64,000 nucleotides of DNA from Alphaproteobacteria bacterium (GTDB lineage Bacteria > Pseudomonadota > Alphaproteobacteria > SP197): contig OZ245842.1 in assembly GCA_965228895.1 (NCBI GenBank), positions 3,776,001-3,840,000 on the forward strand, read 5' to 3'. Position numbers and translations under genes: made by a program. The notes beneath the pieces were generated by a model. It was given only the letters and a program-made list of their open reading frames with translations, did no database searches and had not been told where the DNA came from. Below are positions 1-10,344 of this stretch, piece by piece. How positions within the stretch are numbered: position 1 is the stretch's first letter; every line of letters begins with the position of its first letter.

Positions 1-364
1 TCGGAATCTCACGTCGCGCTTTTTCGCGACGCTTGAGAACGGCGACATCGATGGGCTCAAGGACCTGCTTCAGGAAGAGGTCGTGTTGTATTCGGACGGC
101 GGCGGCGTCAAGACGGCCGCGCTCAATCCCATCTACGGCGCCGACAAGGTCGCGCGGTTCTTCCTCGGCATCGCGCACAAAGCGAGCGAGCAAGGCGCCT
201 CGATCCGGATTTCCGACGCCGTCATCAACGGCCGGCCCGGCACGCTCGTCTTCGTCGACGACGAACTGGATCTGACCTTCAGCATCAATGTCGACGACAA
301 CCGGATTTCGACGATCTACATGGTCCGTAACCCCGAGAAGCTGGACCATCTCGACCCGCACTGA
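1..364 (+). CDS. sigJ: ECF41-type RNA polymerase sigma factor, C-terminal SnoaL-like part (5' truncated by window)
   Basis: DGGG motif, 'PIYGADKVARF', 'INGRPG' and terminal 'RNPEKL' typical of the ECF41 C-terminal extension. Confidence 0.85.
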   Translation, partial: RNLTSRFFATLENGDIDGLKDLLQEEVVLYSDGGGVKTAALNPIYGADKVARFFLGIAHKASEQGASIRISDAVINGRPGTLVFVDDELDLTFSINVDDNRISTIYMVRNPEKLDHLDPH

Positions 365-517
365 GCGTGCAGGCGAAGACGTGCGCATGCTGGCTTCACG
401 AACAACCCGTGTTCACGGCGACAAAAAACAAAAGCACGCCAAATCAAAGACTTAGTGGGCGGTAATCTAGGAAGCTGACTTGATTGTCTCCCCCCGGTGT
501 CGCACAGATCGCCCCGC

Positions 518-1771
518 CTAGCTGGGCGCCCGTCTGCCGAGATAGCGTCCCAGCAACAACAGCCCAAACACGATGCTCACGGAGGACCAAAAGACCTGCT
601 GTCGGCTGAAGCCCGTGACGATGTGTTGGCTGACCGCGCTTTCGTAGGTCAGGTCTGTCTCGACCTCTGCCCTGACTTCGGCCTCGACCGCGGCGGGCCA
701 AGGGTAGCTGGAGGTGCGGAGCAGTTCGCCGAAATAGTCTTCGAGAATGCGGTTCTCCCAATAGGCGATGGCGAACCAGCGCCGCCGCTGGTCGTCTTCC
801 TCGGCCAACCCTGCCCATTTCAGATAGCTGTCGCGCCGGTAGAGGTGGACCCGCGCTTCATGCAGGAAGGGGGCCGTCACCGGCGTATAGATGTCGAGAA
901 ACGCGAAATACGCGTCCCGCCCCCGATAGCGGTCGAGGATGCGAGCGCCCTCCTCGGCACGCTCCCGGTCCAAACGGCGTAGCTCATCTGCCGTGAAGCG
1001 CGAACGGAACAGTCCGGTCGCGGCATTGCCGTGCAAAAACCCATACTCCGCCATGATGCTGCGGTTGTGGTCGATGACATCAAGCAGGGGAATCGTCGAC
1101 GTGTACCAGGCGACGCGATCGGGCGTGTTTTGATAACACAGCCCCAGGTAGGCAACGGCCACGGCGCCCAGGTAGCACAACCGCCGAAGCCCCTTGCCAT
1201 CGGGCCAACCGGAAATCGTCTTCGGCCGGATTGCCGTCGCCACGGCGATCTGGACCAGGGCGACGGCGGTGAAGTTCAACCAGATGTCCTCAAAACCGAA
1301 GTACCGGCCGGGTGTCAGCCACTGAACGGTCTCATCGATCATGCCCACGATGGTCCCCGTAATGGCGACGGCGGCATAGATGCTGTAGTCGCCTATCCGG
1401 TGGGCAAAGGCGCGGAAGAGAAGCAGGGAAAGAACGCCGTACTGCAGATAATGAACAGCCTCCTCCGGGCTGCCATCCTTGAGCGCAAACGTCAGGTAGA
1501 CGATGAGCCCGCCGATGCCGATGAGCCAGGCATAGGCCCCAAGCGACGTTCGGCGCCGTTTTAGAAGCAGGCCCACGACAGCCGCCGTGAACAGGATCAC
1601 GATGGCGGCGACGCCATAGGTGATGGCCTCGGGCCCCCAATGGTCGCGTACGTAACGCGACGCGCCACGAACGAAGGGCACGGTCACAAAAATGATCCCC
1701 GACCAGAGCACCACATAGGCCCAGGACATAGACTCGCTGGTTCTTGCCGGCCGTTCGAAAGCTCCGCCCAT
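518..1771 (-). CDS. VanZ-family membrane protein with extra C-terminal soluble domain
   Basis: Multiple TM segments; 'EEAVHYLQYGVL' and 'DETVQWLTPGRYFGFEDIWLN' match the VanZ pattern. Confidence 0.7.
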   Translation of the reverse strand: MGGAFERPARTSESMSWAYVVLWSGIIFVTVPFVRGASRYVRDHWGPEAITYGVAAIVILFTAAVVGLLLKRRRTSLGAYAWLIGIGGLIVYLTFALKDGSPEEAVHYLQYGVLSLLLFRAFAHRIGDYSIYAAVAITGTIVGMIDETVQWLTPGRYFGFEDIWLNFTAVALVQIAVATAIRPKTISGWPDGKGLRRLCYLGAVAVAYLGLCYQNTPDRVAWYTSTIPLLDVIDHNRSIMAEYGFLHGNAATGLFRSRFTADELRRLDRERAEEGARILDRYRGRDAYFAFLDIYTPVTAPFLHEARVHLYRRDSYLKWAGLAEEDDQRRRWFAIAYWENRILEDYFGELLRTSSYPWPAAVEAEVRAEVETDLTYESAVSQHIVTGFSRQQVFWSSVSIVFGLLLLGRYLGRRAPS

Positions 1772-1994
1772 CCTCAGGCTTGGTGACCCCGCGGCAGCGC
1801 GGTGTCCAGGTTTCTACCATGCCGTCGCACAGTAGCTGACCGGCATGACAGACGGTATAGTCGGGCACGCCGTGCCCTGGCCGACAGTCTCGGCGGCGCC
1901 AAGGAGTGGCGGCGGGTTGGGGTTTTGTTGGCCTAGCCTCGTGACAGTGAAAGCTCTGATACCAACCAACTCTACGCAAAGGCGCCTAATCCAC

Positions 1995-3998
1995 CTACTT
2001 CAACGCTAAAAGTTCGTCTGTCCCCAAGTGGCAATAGATCACATGACCGGTTTCTGGTTGGCGTCGCGGCGGGAGAATTTCGTCGCACTGGGCGCCAATT
2101 CGCCGCGAGCAACGGCGCTGGAACGGGCATCCCGTCGCCGGTGGCTCTCTATCGATGACATCATCGGCGAGCAATCTCGGTGCCGCATCCGGATCAGGTT
2201 GAAGAATGGCGCCCAACAGGACTTCCGTGTAGGGATGGAACGGCGGTTGGAAGACGGCTTCGGTTGGACCCATTTCGCAAACCCGCCCTTGATAAAGAAC
2301 GGCGATCTGGTCCGATATCGCACGCACCACGGCCAGATCATGGCTGACGAAAACGTATGCCGCACCGCGCATCTCTTGAAGTTGCTTCAACAACAACAAA
2401 GCGGCGGCTTGAACCGAGACATCAAGCGCTGACGTGATTTCGTCGCACAACACCAACTCGGGTTCGGCGGCAAACGCCCGCGCAATCGCGACACGCTGCT
2501 TTTCGCCACCGGAGAGTTGGCCCGGGAACCGATCGAGATAGGTCTTGGGCAAGCGCACGGCGTCGATGAGCTCTTCGCAGCGGGTTTCCAATTCCTGATG
2601 CGACAGCTCGAAGTACAGCCTGAGCGGCGCTTCCAATATCTCACGAATTGACCGTCGTGGATTGAGCGAGCTGTCGGCGTTCTGGAACACCATCTGCAGC
2701 GGCTTAATCGCATCCAGGGTGCGCTCGGCGACACGACCAGGAATCTCCTGACCGTCAATCATGATGCGTCCATGTTTCGGCGCCTTCAGGCCCGACAGCG
2801 CCTTGAGGATCGTCGATTTACCGCTGCCGGACTCACCGACGAGACCCAGAGTTTCCCCCTTGTTCACGCAAAAACTGACTCGTGCCACGGTGTCGGGCGG
2901 GACCTCTTTGCCGAGGAGGTGATCGAGGATACCGCGATGATGGTAACTGATCGCCAGGTCATCGGTCTCGACGGCGACCTCGTCCTTCCGCGTCGAAACG
3001 ACGGGCGTGCCTTCAATCTTCTCCAGATCGTTCGAGCCGGCGTAGAAGCACTTCGCCTGACCGTGCGCAACATCGACCATTGCGGGCACGGTCGAACGGC
3101 ATCGGTCTTGCGCGATCGGGCATCGCTCGACGAAAGCGCAGCTCTCCCGGTCCTGGCCGACAAGTGGAGGGAAACCGTCGAGGGCTGCGGGAATGACCTT
3201 GTCCCCGAGGCGCGGGATCGAGGCAAGCAGCGCGCGTGGATAAGGGTGCGCTGGTGCCGCCAGTAACCCGCGGGCATCGCCTTGTTCGACGAGTTCTCCG
3301 GCGTACATCACGGCGATACGGTCGGCGACCTGGGCAATGACGCCGAGATCGTGGCTGACGTAGACCATCGAGACCCCGGTGTCACTGGCAAGCGAACGAA
3401 GGAACTGGAGAATATGGGCCTGCGTCGTGACGTCCAGCCCAGTCGTCGGCTCATCGAGAAGCAGCGCCTTGGCCCCGGTGCCGAGCGCCATGGCAATCGC
3501 GACACGCTGCTGTTGGCCACCTGAGAGTTCATGTGGATAGCGGCGGGCGATATCCTGAGCGGATGGCAGCCGGACACGATGGAGAATCTCGCCTATCTTT
3601 GACTGACGTTGCCCCGCGTCGAGCCTGGTATGGAGTTTCAATGCCTCGTCGATCTGGTCACCAACTCTCATGGTCGGCGTCAGGGACTGGCCCGCGTCTT
3701 GCGGGATGAGCGCGATGCTGCCACCGCGCAACGATGTCCGCGCTTCCTCGGAGATGGCGAACATGTCGTGGCCATCAAAGACCACGCGACCGGAAAACAG
3801 GCTCAAGCCCGGTTTCAGATAACCCATCATCGCCAGGGCGACCGTCGACTTACCCGAGCCCGACTCACCGACAATGCCGATCGTCTCGCCGGCCGCAACG
3901 CTCAGGCTCAAGTCGCGTAGGATCGGCCGTTCGTGGCCCCCACGGCTCGTGAAACCAAGAGTCAGATTCTTGACTTCGATGAGCGTCGCGCCGGTCAT
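1995..3998 (-). CDS. Peptide/nickel ABC transporter ATP-binding protein, fused double ATPase (DppD/F-like)
   Basis: Two GESGSGKS Walker A motifs, LSGGQ/LSGGE signatures, HPY motifs and Cys-rich tails. Confidence 0.95.
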   Translation of the reverse strand: MTGATLIEVKNLTLGFTSRGGHERPILRDLSLSVAAGETIGIVGESGSGKSTVALAMMGYLKPGLSLFSGRVVFDGHDMFAISEEARTSLRGGSIALIPQDAGQSLTPTMRVGDQIDEALKLHTRLDAGQRQSKIGEILHRVRLPSAQDIARRYPHELSGGQQQRVAIAMALGTGAKALLLDEPTTGLDVTTQAHILQFLRSLASDTGVSMVYVSHDLGVIAQVADRIAVMYAGELVEQGDARGLLAAPAHPYPRALLASIPRLGDKVIPAALDGFPPLVGQDRESCAFVERCPIAQDRCRSTVPAMVDVAHGQAKCFYAGSNDLEKIEGTPVVSTRKDEVAVETDDLAISYHHRGILDHLLGKEVPPDTVARVSFCVNKGETLGLVGESGSGKSTILKALSGLKAPKHGRIMIDGQEIPGRVAERTLDAIKPLQMVFQNADSSLNPRRSIREILEAPLRLYFELSHQELETRCEELIDAVRLPKTYLDRFPGQLSGGEKQRVAIARAFAAEPELVLCDEITSALDVSVQAAALLLLKQLQEMRGAAYVFVSHDLAVVRAISDQIAVLYQGRVCEMGPTEAVFQPPFHPYTEVLLGAILQPDPDAAPRLLADDVIDREPPATGCPFQRRCSRRIGAQCDEILPPRRQPETGHVIYCHLGTDELLALK

Positions 3999-4891
3999 GT
4001 CGGCTTCTCCCGGGCCCGATCCACACCAAGCGCCTTACCGAGGGCATCGGCCGTCAGGTTGATGCCGATGATCAACGTTGAAAGCGCAAAGCATGGCCAC
4101 AGCACCGACCACGGCGCGATCGCCAACAAACTGCGTTCGCTGGCGATCATCAGCCCCCAGTCCGGCGTCGGCGGCGCCGCGCCGAAGCCGAGGAACGACA
4201 GCGACGAGAACGCCAACAACATCCAACTCCACTGCATGGCGCCCTCGACCAACAGAATATCCGCAACGTTCGGAAAGACTTCACGCGTAACAACGGCCCA
4301 TAAGCTCTCGCCGCGCGCCCTGGCCGCGGTAACGAAGTCACGCGCCGAAACCTGGAGCGCGGCGGCCCGGCTGATGCGAATGATGGAGATTCCGTAAAAG
4401 AAACCCAGAATGGGCACGATGATCCACGCGCCACCCCCGATGATCGACACCATGAGCAACAGGAACAGCAACCAGGGGATCGAAAGCATCGCATCGACGA
4501 GCCGCATGGCGATCTCATCGGTGCGGCCGCCAATAACGCCCAACAGGATGCCGACAAGGCCGCCCCACGTAACGGCGATAGCAACAGCGCAAGCGGTGAC
4601 CATCATGGCAAGCTGACCGCCGTAGATAACGCGGGTGTAAACGTCGCGTCCCAGACTATCCGTGCCCATCCAGTGCTCAAGCGACGGTGCCAAATTGATC
4701 GTGTCGGCGTTCGGCGTTGCCGGGTCGTAGCTGGTCAACAGCGGCGCGGCGAGTGCAATGACCACATTGAACAAGGTGAGACCCACGCCGATCGCGCCCG
4801 ACGGCCGCGACACCACGCGGCGCAAGACAGGCCAGAATCCCGAGACGGCCGAACCTGACCGGGGTCGCCCGTTGAGGGGCGCGGTCGTCAC
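3995..4891 (-). CDS. Peptide ABC transporter permease (DppC-like)
   Basis: 'HWMGTDSLGRDVYTR', 'AARARGES', 'PPTPDWG'; GTG start at 4891 overlapping the upstream stop (ORF track start at 5101 is too long). Confidence 0.92.
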   Translation of the reverse strand: MTTAPLNGRPRSGSAVSGFWPVLRRVVSRPSGAIGVGLTLFNVVIALAAPLLTSYDPATPNADTINLAPSLEHWMGTDSLGRDVYTRVIYGGQLAMMVTACAVAIAVTWGGLVGILLGVIGGRTDEIAMRLVDAMLSIPWLLFLLLMVSIIGGGAWIIVPILGFFYGISIIRISRAAALQVSARDFVTAARARGESLWAVVTREVFPNVADILLVEGAMQWSWMLLAFSSLSFLGFGAAPPTPDWGLMIASERSLLAIAPWSVLWPCFALSTLIIGINLTADALGKALGVDRAREKPT

Positions 4892-5844
4892 CGTGTTTCC
4901 TTCGCGGTCCGGATCCTGGGGTCGAGGATCACCATCGTGATATCGGCCAAGAGGTTGGCGACGATGTAGATCATCGCGAAGATCAGCGCGATTGCCTGAA
5001 CGAGCGGCAAGTCGCGATCGTAGATCGCCTGCAGCATGAGGTTTCCGACGCCCGGGTAATTGAACACCTGTTCGATGATGACAACGCCACCTAACAGCCA
5101 CGCGATCGTCAGCGCGATGACGTTGACGGCCGGTATCAATGCCGACGGCGCGAGATGTCGCCAGAACAACTGGCGCGGCGGAACGCCCTTGAGCCGCGCC
5201 ATCTGGATAAAGTCGGACGTCATGACTTCGATGACGGAAGCGCGAGTCATGCGCAGAATATGCGCCGTCATGACGAAGGCGAGAACAACCACCGGAAGGA
5301 TGATGTTGGGCAGGAGCTCCATGATCGAGGCGGAAGGCGGCACGATGGTTACCGCCGGGAACCAGTTGAGCGAAATGGCAAAGATAAAGATCAGTACCGA
5401 CGCGGTGACGAACTCAGGGATCGTCATCGCCAGCATAGCGACGGTCGAGACGACGAGGTCTGGCGGTTTATCGCGGCGTATGCCGGCCCAGAAACCGAGC
5501 ACCAGCGCCAGCGGTATGCCGATGGCTGCGGCGGCGCTGGCGAGCAAGACCGTGTTGCGGAAACGCTCGGCCAGCAAGTCGGAAATCGAACGTTGCTTCT
5601 TGAGGGATGTGCCGAGGTCGCCCTCAAAGGCGCCGGATATCCACAAAGCGTAGCGTTCCACAGCAGGTTTGTGCAGGCCCTGTTCTTCCATGCAGCGTTC
5701 AAGACGTTCGCCCTGCGCATAACGCTGGAAAAAAGCCGTACAAACATCTCCGGGCAAGGCTTCGACCGAGACGAAGACCACGCCGGAAACGAAGACAATC
5801 GTAAACACGGCGAATCCAAAACGCCGAAGGATGGTCTTGAGCAT
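4888..5844 (-). CDS. Peptide ABC transporter permease (DppB-like)
   Basis: 'GDLGTS', 'ARLKG', 'IEQVFNYPGVG', 'LDPRIR'. Confidence 0.95.
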   Translation of the reverse strand: MLKTILRRFGFAVFTIVFVSGVVFVSVEALPGDVCTAFFQRYAQGERLERCMEEQGLHKPAVERYALWISGAFEGDLGTSLKKQRSISDLLAERFRNTVLLASAAAAIGIPLALVLGFWAGIRRDKPPDLVVSTVAMLAMTIPEFVTASVLIFIFAISLNWFPAVTIVPPSASIMELLPNIILPVVVLAFVMTAHILRMTRASVIEVMTSDFIQMARLKGVPPRQLFWRHLAPSALIPAVNVIALTIAWLLGGVVIIEQVFNYPGVGNLMLQAIYDRDLPLVQAIALIFAMIYIVANLLADITMVILDPRIRTAKETR

Positions 5845-5915
5845 GGCCTGACCGGAGCAAGCGCTGCATGCGAAGCCGGCCCGTCCCGGGGACGGGCCGG
5901 CTTCAGCCTAGCACC

Positions 5916-7481
5916 TTACTCGGACTTTTCGATGTTTTGGAAACGAACCGCGTACTTGGCGACTTCATCCATGCCGGAGACGTCCGAGGACATCACCCGT
6001 ATCGCGCTCTGGTGGAACGGAATGAGTGTACCGCCCTGCTCCCAAAGCAGTACCTGGACGTCACCGTAGAGTTCCTTTCGCCGATCGAAATCCAGCTCCT
6101 GGCGCGCCGCGTCGAGCGCCGCGTCAAAGTCCGCGCTTTGCCAATGGGTCTCGTTCCACGGCGCGGTACTGCGGTACGCTTCGTTCAGGATCTGGTCCGC
6201 GGGCCGTTCAGACCATCCCGTCGCAAAGAAAGGCTCGACCGCCCAAACTTCATCCCAGTAGCCATCGGCCGGGACGATGATGAGTTCGATGTCGACGCCG
6301 ATCTCTTTCATCTGGGCCTGGTAAACTTCGGCCATTTGCATGGCGCCCTCAGAGACGGGGGATACGAACAGTTCGATGTTCGGAAGCTCACTCCCATACT
6401 CCTCTGACAGCAACCTCTGCGCTTCGGCCGGGTTCGGCCCGCAGTCGATGTCGGCGCGGTACTGATCGCCGGTCCAAACCGGGTGATCGCAGGTCACGGC
6501 GAAGGCGCCTTCACCGGCCACCAGCTTGCCCATGGCCTCGCGATCGACACCGATACGCAGGGCCTTTCGCAGAACGGGATTATCGTACGGCGGCGTGTCG
6601 GTGCGCATGGCGAGCCCCGTCCAACCGCCGCTTGGAACCGACTGCACGACGAAGTCGTCGCTTCCCTCAAACAACTGGCGCTGTTGACCGGTGACCCCGA
6701 AGACGATGTCGATCTGACCGGCCTGTAGCGCGGCGACGCGGGCCTGCTGGTCCGGGATCGCGATGATCTCCATGGCTTCGACCTTCGCGGGGCCTTCCCA
6801 GTAGTCGTCGTAGCGCGCAAGTGTCGTCGTTCCCAACGCATCAAGCGTCACCAGTTTGAACGGACCCGTGCCGATGCCGGTCTCGCAGACCGCGTCCAGA
6901 TCGTTGTTGCAGGTGTCCGCATCAAGCATCCGCATCCGGTAATCTCTCAGCAACAGCGGAAAGTCCGCATGACCTGACGACAGCGTAACGACGACGGTCA
7001 TGTCGTCGACCGCCTCAACGTTCTCGATCAGCGCGAGACCGTCCCTGAGCGGGCTGTCGATCACCTCTGACTGGGTGCGCATCAGCGAAAACACCACATC
7101 ATCGGCCGTAAAGTCGTTGCCGTTGTGGAACTTGACCCCGTCGCGCAACTTGAATGTCCAGACCGCGGCGTCGGGCGACGCAGACCACTCGGTCGCGAGG
7201 TCCGGCACGATCAGACCGTCAGCATCTTCGCGGACAAGGCGCGAATAGACGGTAATGGCGATCTCGGCGAAGCGGTTGGTCGATATGGGATCGACGGAGT
7301 CCGCGCCGCCGGATTCGACGATGTGCGCGACGCGCAGGGTCTCGGACTGGGCGGGCTGCACGCCCGCCATCACCGCCGCAAAGCCGATTGCGCCGAAAAA
7401 GCAGCCAACGTGACGGCGCCAGGGCTTTCCCCCCTTGGGCGTCGCGACCGTATCTTTTGCAAAGAATCTTATAGCTGACAT
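5916..7481 (-). CDS. ABC transporter substrate-binding protein, family 5
   Basis: Signal peptide, 'PDLATEW', 'LRDGVKFHNG', 'GTGPFKL'; start uncertain (7481 or 7526). Confidence 0.93.
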   Translation of the reverse strand: MSAIRFFAKDTVATPKGGKPWRRHVGCFFGAIGFAAVMAGVQPAQSETLRVAHIVESGGADSVDPISTNRFAEIAITVYSRLVREDADGLIVPDLATEWSASPDAAVWTFKLRDGVKFHNGNDFTADDVVFSLMRTQSEVIDSPLRDGLALIENVEAVDDMTVVVTLSSGHADFPLLLRDYRMRMLDADTCNNDLDAVCETGIGTGPFKLVTLDALGTTTLARYDDYWEGPAKVEAMEIIAIPDQQARVAALQAGQIDIVFGVTGQQRQLFEGSDDFVVQSVPSGGWTGLAMRTDTPPYDNPVLRKALRIGVDREAMGKLVAGEGAFAVTCDHPVWTGDQYRADIDCGPNPAEAQRLLSEEYGSELPNIELFVSPVSEGAMQMAEVYQAQMKEIGVDIELIIVPADGYWDEVWAVEPFFATGWSERPADQILNEAYRSTAPWNETHWQSADFDAALDAARQELDFDRRKELYGDVQVLLWEQGGTLIPFHQSAIRVMSSDVSGMDEVAKYAVRFQNIEKSE

Positions 7482-7534
7482 GGCGAATGCCTCCCTGTTC
7501 GGGCGGAGTTGGTCCTCCGACTCCACCCATCAGC

Positions 7535-7587
7535 GTATTTTCGTCCGTTAAGGCGAGTCAATTTCTTTAACTGTACGCTCAGTTTAA
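7535..7587 (-). promoter_or_regulatory. Putative promoter (TTGACT-N18-TACGCT) with upstream palindromic operator AACTG-N6-CAGTT
   Basis: Motif block repeated at ~8640-8694; operator resembles BetI-type boxes. Confidence 0.55.
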
Positions 7588-7694
7588 ATATTTGTGTCAG
7601 AGGGACGACATGGCTGATCCCGGTGATGGACGATTGGCTCAGTTTGCACCTAAGCCGCCGCAACAATCGGAGCAGGAGAACACCGCCCGGGGCG

Positions 7695-8462
7695 TTACCA
7701 GGTGATCAGGTCTGACGGCAGATGATACGTCTGGTTTGTGTAAACAATTGCACGGCTTCCGCCGACATAATCAATGCGCGTGACGGACGTGTTGAGAAAG
7801 GCCCAATTGGCAAACCAATGGCTTGCATAGTCGGCGGGGCGCCGCACCGCACCGGTCAACGCATTGACGATCTGATCGATCGTGTCGCCGTGGGACACAA
7901 GCGCGATGCAATCATCTGTCCCGCCGTGCCGGTCTTCGAAGGCCGGCATGATCGTCTTTGCCCGCTCGAGGAACATGGCCTCGGTCTCTACCGGCCGGTT
8001 GTACCATCCGTTCGGGTCGACATGGTCCGGCACGTGCAGGTCGGGGAACCGCTCCGCGAAGTCGTCTTTGCCGGGGCCTGGGATACCGACCAGATTGCCA
8101 TGCTCGTCGTAGTCGGATACGCCGCCGTATTCGAACAGATCCGGGTACGCGACCAACGGCAGCCCGCAGGCCTCGGCAACATACTGGGCAGTTTGAATGG
8201 AACGCAGCATCAGGCTGCAGTAGACGTGGGTGATCCCAAATCCAACGGGTACGCGTTCCTCGTCGGGCAGCCAGGGGCCGCGTACAGGTTCACCCTCCGG
8301 GTGCGACAAATGCTCGCCCAGCAGTTTTGCCTGTTGATGTCCCGCTTCGGTGAGCTCAGGGTCCGGCCTATGGTGTTCGGGCCCACGGCTGGGATCACCG
8401 ATGTTGTCGAGGTAGTTGACGTTGCCGGCAGACTGCCCGTGGCGAATAAGGTAAACTCTCAT
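7695..8462 (-). CDS. Histidine phosphatase (phosphoglycerate mutase family)
   Basis: 'LIRHGQS' catalytic motif, 'RSIQTA', 'LVSHG'. Confidence 0.92.
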   Translation of the reverse strand: MRVYLIRHGQSAGNVNYLDNIGDPSRGPEHHRPDPELTEAGHQQAKLLGEHLSHPEGEPVRGPWLPDEERVPVGFGITHVYCSLMLRSIQTAQYVAEACGLPLVAYPDLFEYGGVSDYDEHGNLVGIPGPGKDDFAERFPDLHVPDHVDPNGWYNRPVETEAMFLERAKTIMPAFEDRHGGTDDCIALVSHGDTIDQIVNALTGAVRRPADYASHWFANWAFLNTSVTRIDYVGGSRAIVYTNQTYHLPSDLITW

Positions 8463-8639
8463 GATGCTCCGTTTCCCACCGATGACGGATCCGTCGACCC
8501 GCCTCAATCCAGCCAGTCGGTCTGGTCACCTGTGTTCATCTGCCTGCCGGTACCGCGTATCCGACACGATGTCTTTGTCTCACCGAATTGGCGTCTGTCG
8601 CCCGGTCTGAGCGCCACAGCGTTGCCTCGCGGAGGCGCA

Positions 8640-8694
8640 AGCCTATGTTCATCGAAAAAAGTGAGTCAATATTTTAACTGAACATTCATTCTAA
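8640..8694 (-). promoter_or_regulatory. Putative promoter (TTGACT-N18-TAGGCT) plus second operator copy TTAACTGAACATTCATTCTAA
   Basis: Similar to 7535-7587; lies in the divergent phosphatase/TetR intergenic region. Confidence 0.5.
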
Positions 8695-8797
8695 ACAATT
8701 GATCGAGACGCTACCGTGCTTGCTGTCACTGGAGTGGCAGCCCAGATAGCAGGACCCAACAACCAACACCGGACAATCGCAGGGGAAAGTCATCGCC

Positions 8798-9460
8798 ATG
8801 ACGAAAGCGCGCGTTGGCAGGCCAAAGGGGCGCGACGAGGAAAACACCAATCGGCGCCGGAAACAGCTGATCGACGCTGCCGTTGAGTCGATTGTTGAAC
8901 ACGGTCTATCGACCACGACCTTCGAGACGATCGCCAGGGCCGCGGGCCTCTCGAAGGGCACGGCGGTGTTTTACTTCAAGACCAAGGACGCGTTGCTCTA
9001 CGAGGCCTTTCGATACCGTATCGAAGAGTATCGATTGAATTGGAGAGAAGCGCTGTCCGCTGCCGGTTCCGATCCGGTGGACCAGGTCGTGGCGCTGGTC
9101 TTCGCATCGTTGGATCCAAAAGTGATGACGCGGCAAAATCTGGCCTTTTGGGCGTCGTTCTGGCCAGAGGCATCCAGGAGCGAAAGCCTCAGGCAGATGT
9201 CCCGTGAAGACGACAATGATTGGCACGATGAACTGCTCTCCTCGTGCAAAGACGCAAGAGAGCTTGTTTCCGACCCAGTTTGGACGCCTCGAATAGTCGC
9301 CGATGCTCTCGAGTTAATCTGCGACGGTGCCTGGGACCGCTTGCACTATTCGCCCAACATGTTGTCGACAAGTGATGCGAGAATGGCGGCCGGCGTGTTG
9401 CTTTCCACAATCTATACCTCGCGGGCTGACGAGATCATGAAACGGGCGAAGGAAGACTGA
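8798..9460 (+). CDS. TetR-family regulator, BetI-like
   Basis: N-terminal 'RRKQLIDAAVESIVEHG...IARAAGLSKG..FYFKTKDALL' HTH. Confidence 0.9.
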   Translation: MTKARVGRPKGRDEENTNRRRKQLIDAAVESIVEHGLSTTTFETIARAAGLSKGTAVFYFKTKDALLYEAFRYRIEEYRLNWREALSAAGSDPVDQVVALVFASLDPKVMTRQNLAFWASFWPEASRSESLRQMSREDDNDWHDELLSSCKDARELVSDPVWTPRIVADALELICDGAWDRLHYSPNMLSTSDARMAAGVLLSTIYTSRADEIMKRAKED

Positions 9461-9544
9461 AGGTCTGGGCGCAAACGCAAAAAACGCGGCCAACCCGAAT
9501 GAGTCAGCGGCGCTGGATGTCGGCCAGTGGGCGGGCTCAAGCAA

Positions 9545-9582
9545 ATGACGTTGGTCCGAGGCTAGCCTGGAACCAACGTCAT
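9545..9582 (-). terminator. Hairpin following the duplicated tRNA 3' end
   Basis: 11-bp arms ATGACGTTGGT/ACCAACGTCAT followed by a short T run on the minus strand. Confidence 0.5.
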
Positions 9583-9607
9583 CAGTGGTAGCGGGGGTAG
9601 GATTTGA
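9580..9607 (-). repeat. att-like direct repeat: copy of the tRNA-fMet 3' end
   Basis: CATCAGTGGTAGCGGGGGTAGGATTTGA identical to 12710-12737. Confidence 0.95.
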
Positions 9608-9746
9608 TTGGTCTACACTCGCAATAGCCCGCGATCTAATGCCTGGAAAACTGCGAATTTCAACTCCTTAGCCTGACATTTAGCTTGCCAAGGCGGCGTT
9701 GTCGTCCGTTTGCCTTCGGTTATCTAGTCACATAAACCTGCGCCAC

Positions 9747-10247
9747 TCAAACCGGCTTGTCGGCTAGTTTTTCCCAATCGCCCCAATCGATCTCCCGTCC
9801 GGGATAGGCAACACTCTCGAAAGGCCATTCCGCGGCGACCCAGCGTTTTCCCCATTGGAAGAGTTCGTCGTCGAATCCTCGGGCCGCCGCACTCGCGCGC
9901 ACCCAACAATTCAGTCTGGCGTCAAAGCCCTCTTTGGTGCAGGGGAACACATAGAGCGAGCCTAGTTCCTGGGAGTCATCAAGCGTGTGAACGCCGTATG
10001 AACACGAACTCCTGAGTTTGAACTCCATGTTACACCAGCACACATCGATCAGCGCATCCTCGATGGTGACGCCGCGAGGCCAGGTCTCTCCTGGTCCGAA
10101 GACGCCCTGCAGATGTTCAACGCTCGACATGTAGGCGTCAAAGTCCTTGGCCAAATCGGCTGGCCCCAGAATGCGTAAGAGAAATCTGTCGGTTTCAACC
10201 GTTTCCGGCGGGTCAAAACTGTCGGGCAGCCACACGCGGTGTGTCAT
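9747..10247 (-). CDS. GNAT-like N-acetyltransferase
   Basis: 'ETDRFLLRILGPADLAKDFDAYMSS', 'ELGSLYVFP', terminal 'WPF..VAYPGR' resemble a RimJ/RimL-like group. Confidence 0.65.
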   Translation of the reverse strand: MTHRVWLPDSFDPPETVETDRFLLRILGPADLAKDFDAYMSSVEHLQGVFGPGETWPRGVTIEDALIDVCWCNMEFKLRSSCSYGVHTLDDSQELGSLYVFPCTKEGFDARLNCWVRASAAARGFDDELFQWGKRWVAAEWPFESVAYPGREIDWGDWEKLADKPV

Positions 10248-10344
10248 TCATGGATCCTTCAAATGAGATCTACTTGGTTGATGTGATCGTGTTCGCAGAA
10301 ACTTGCGGGATGTATGCCTGATTGCCTGAATTTGGTTCGAGCAA

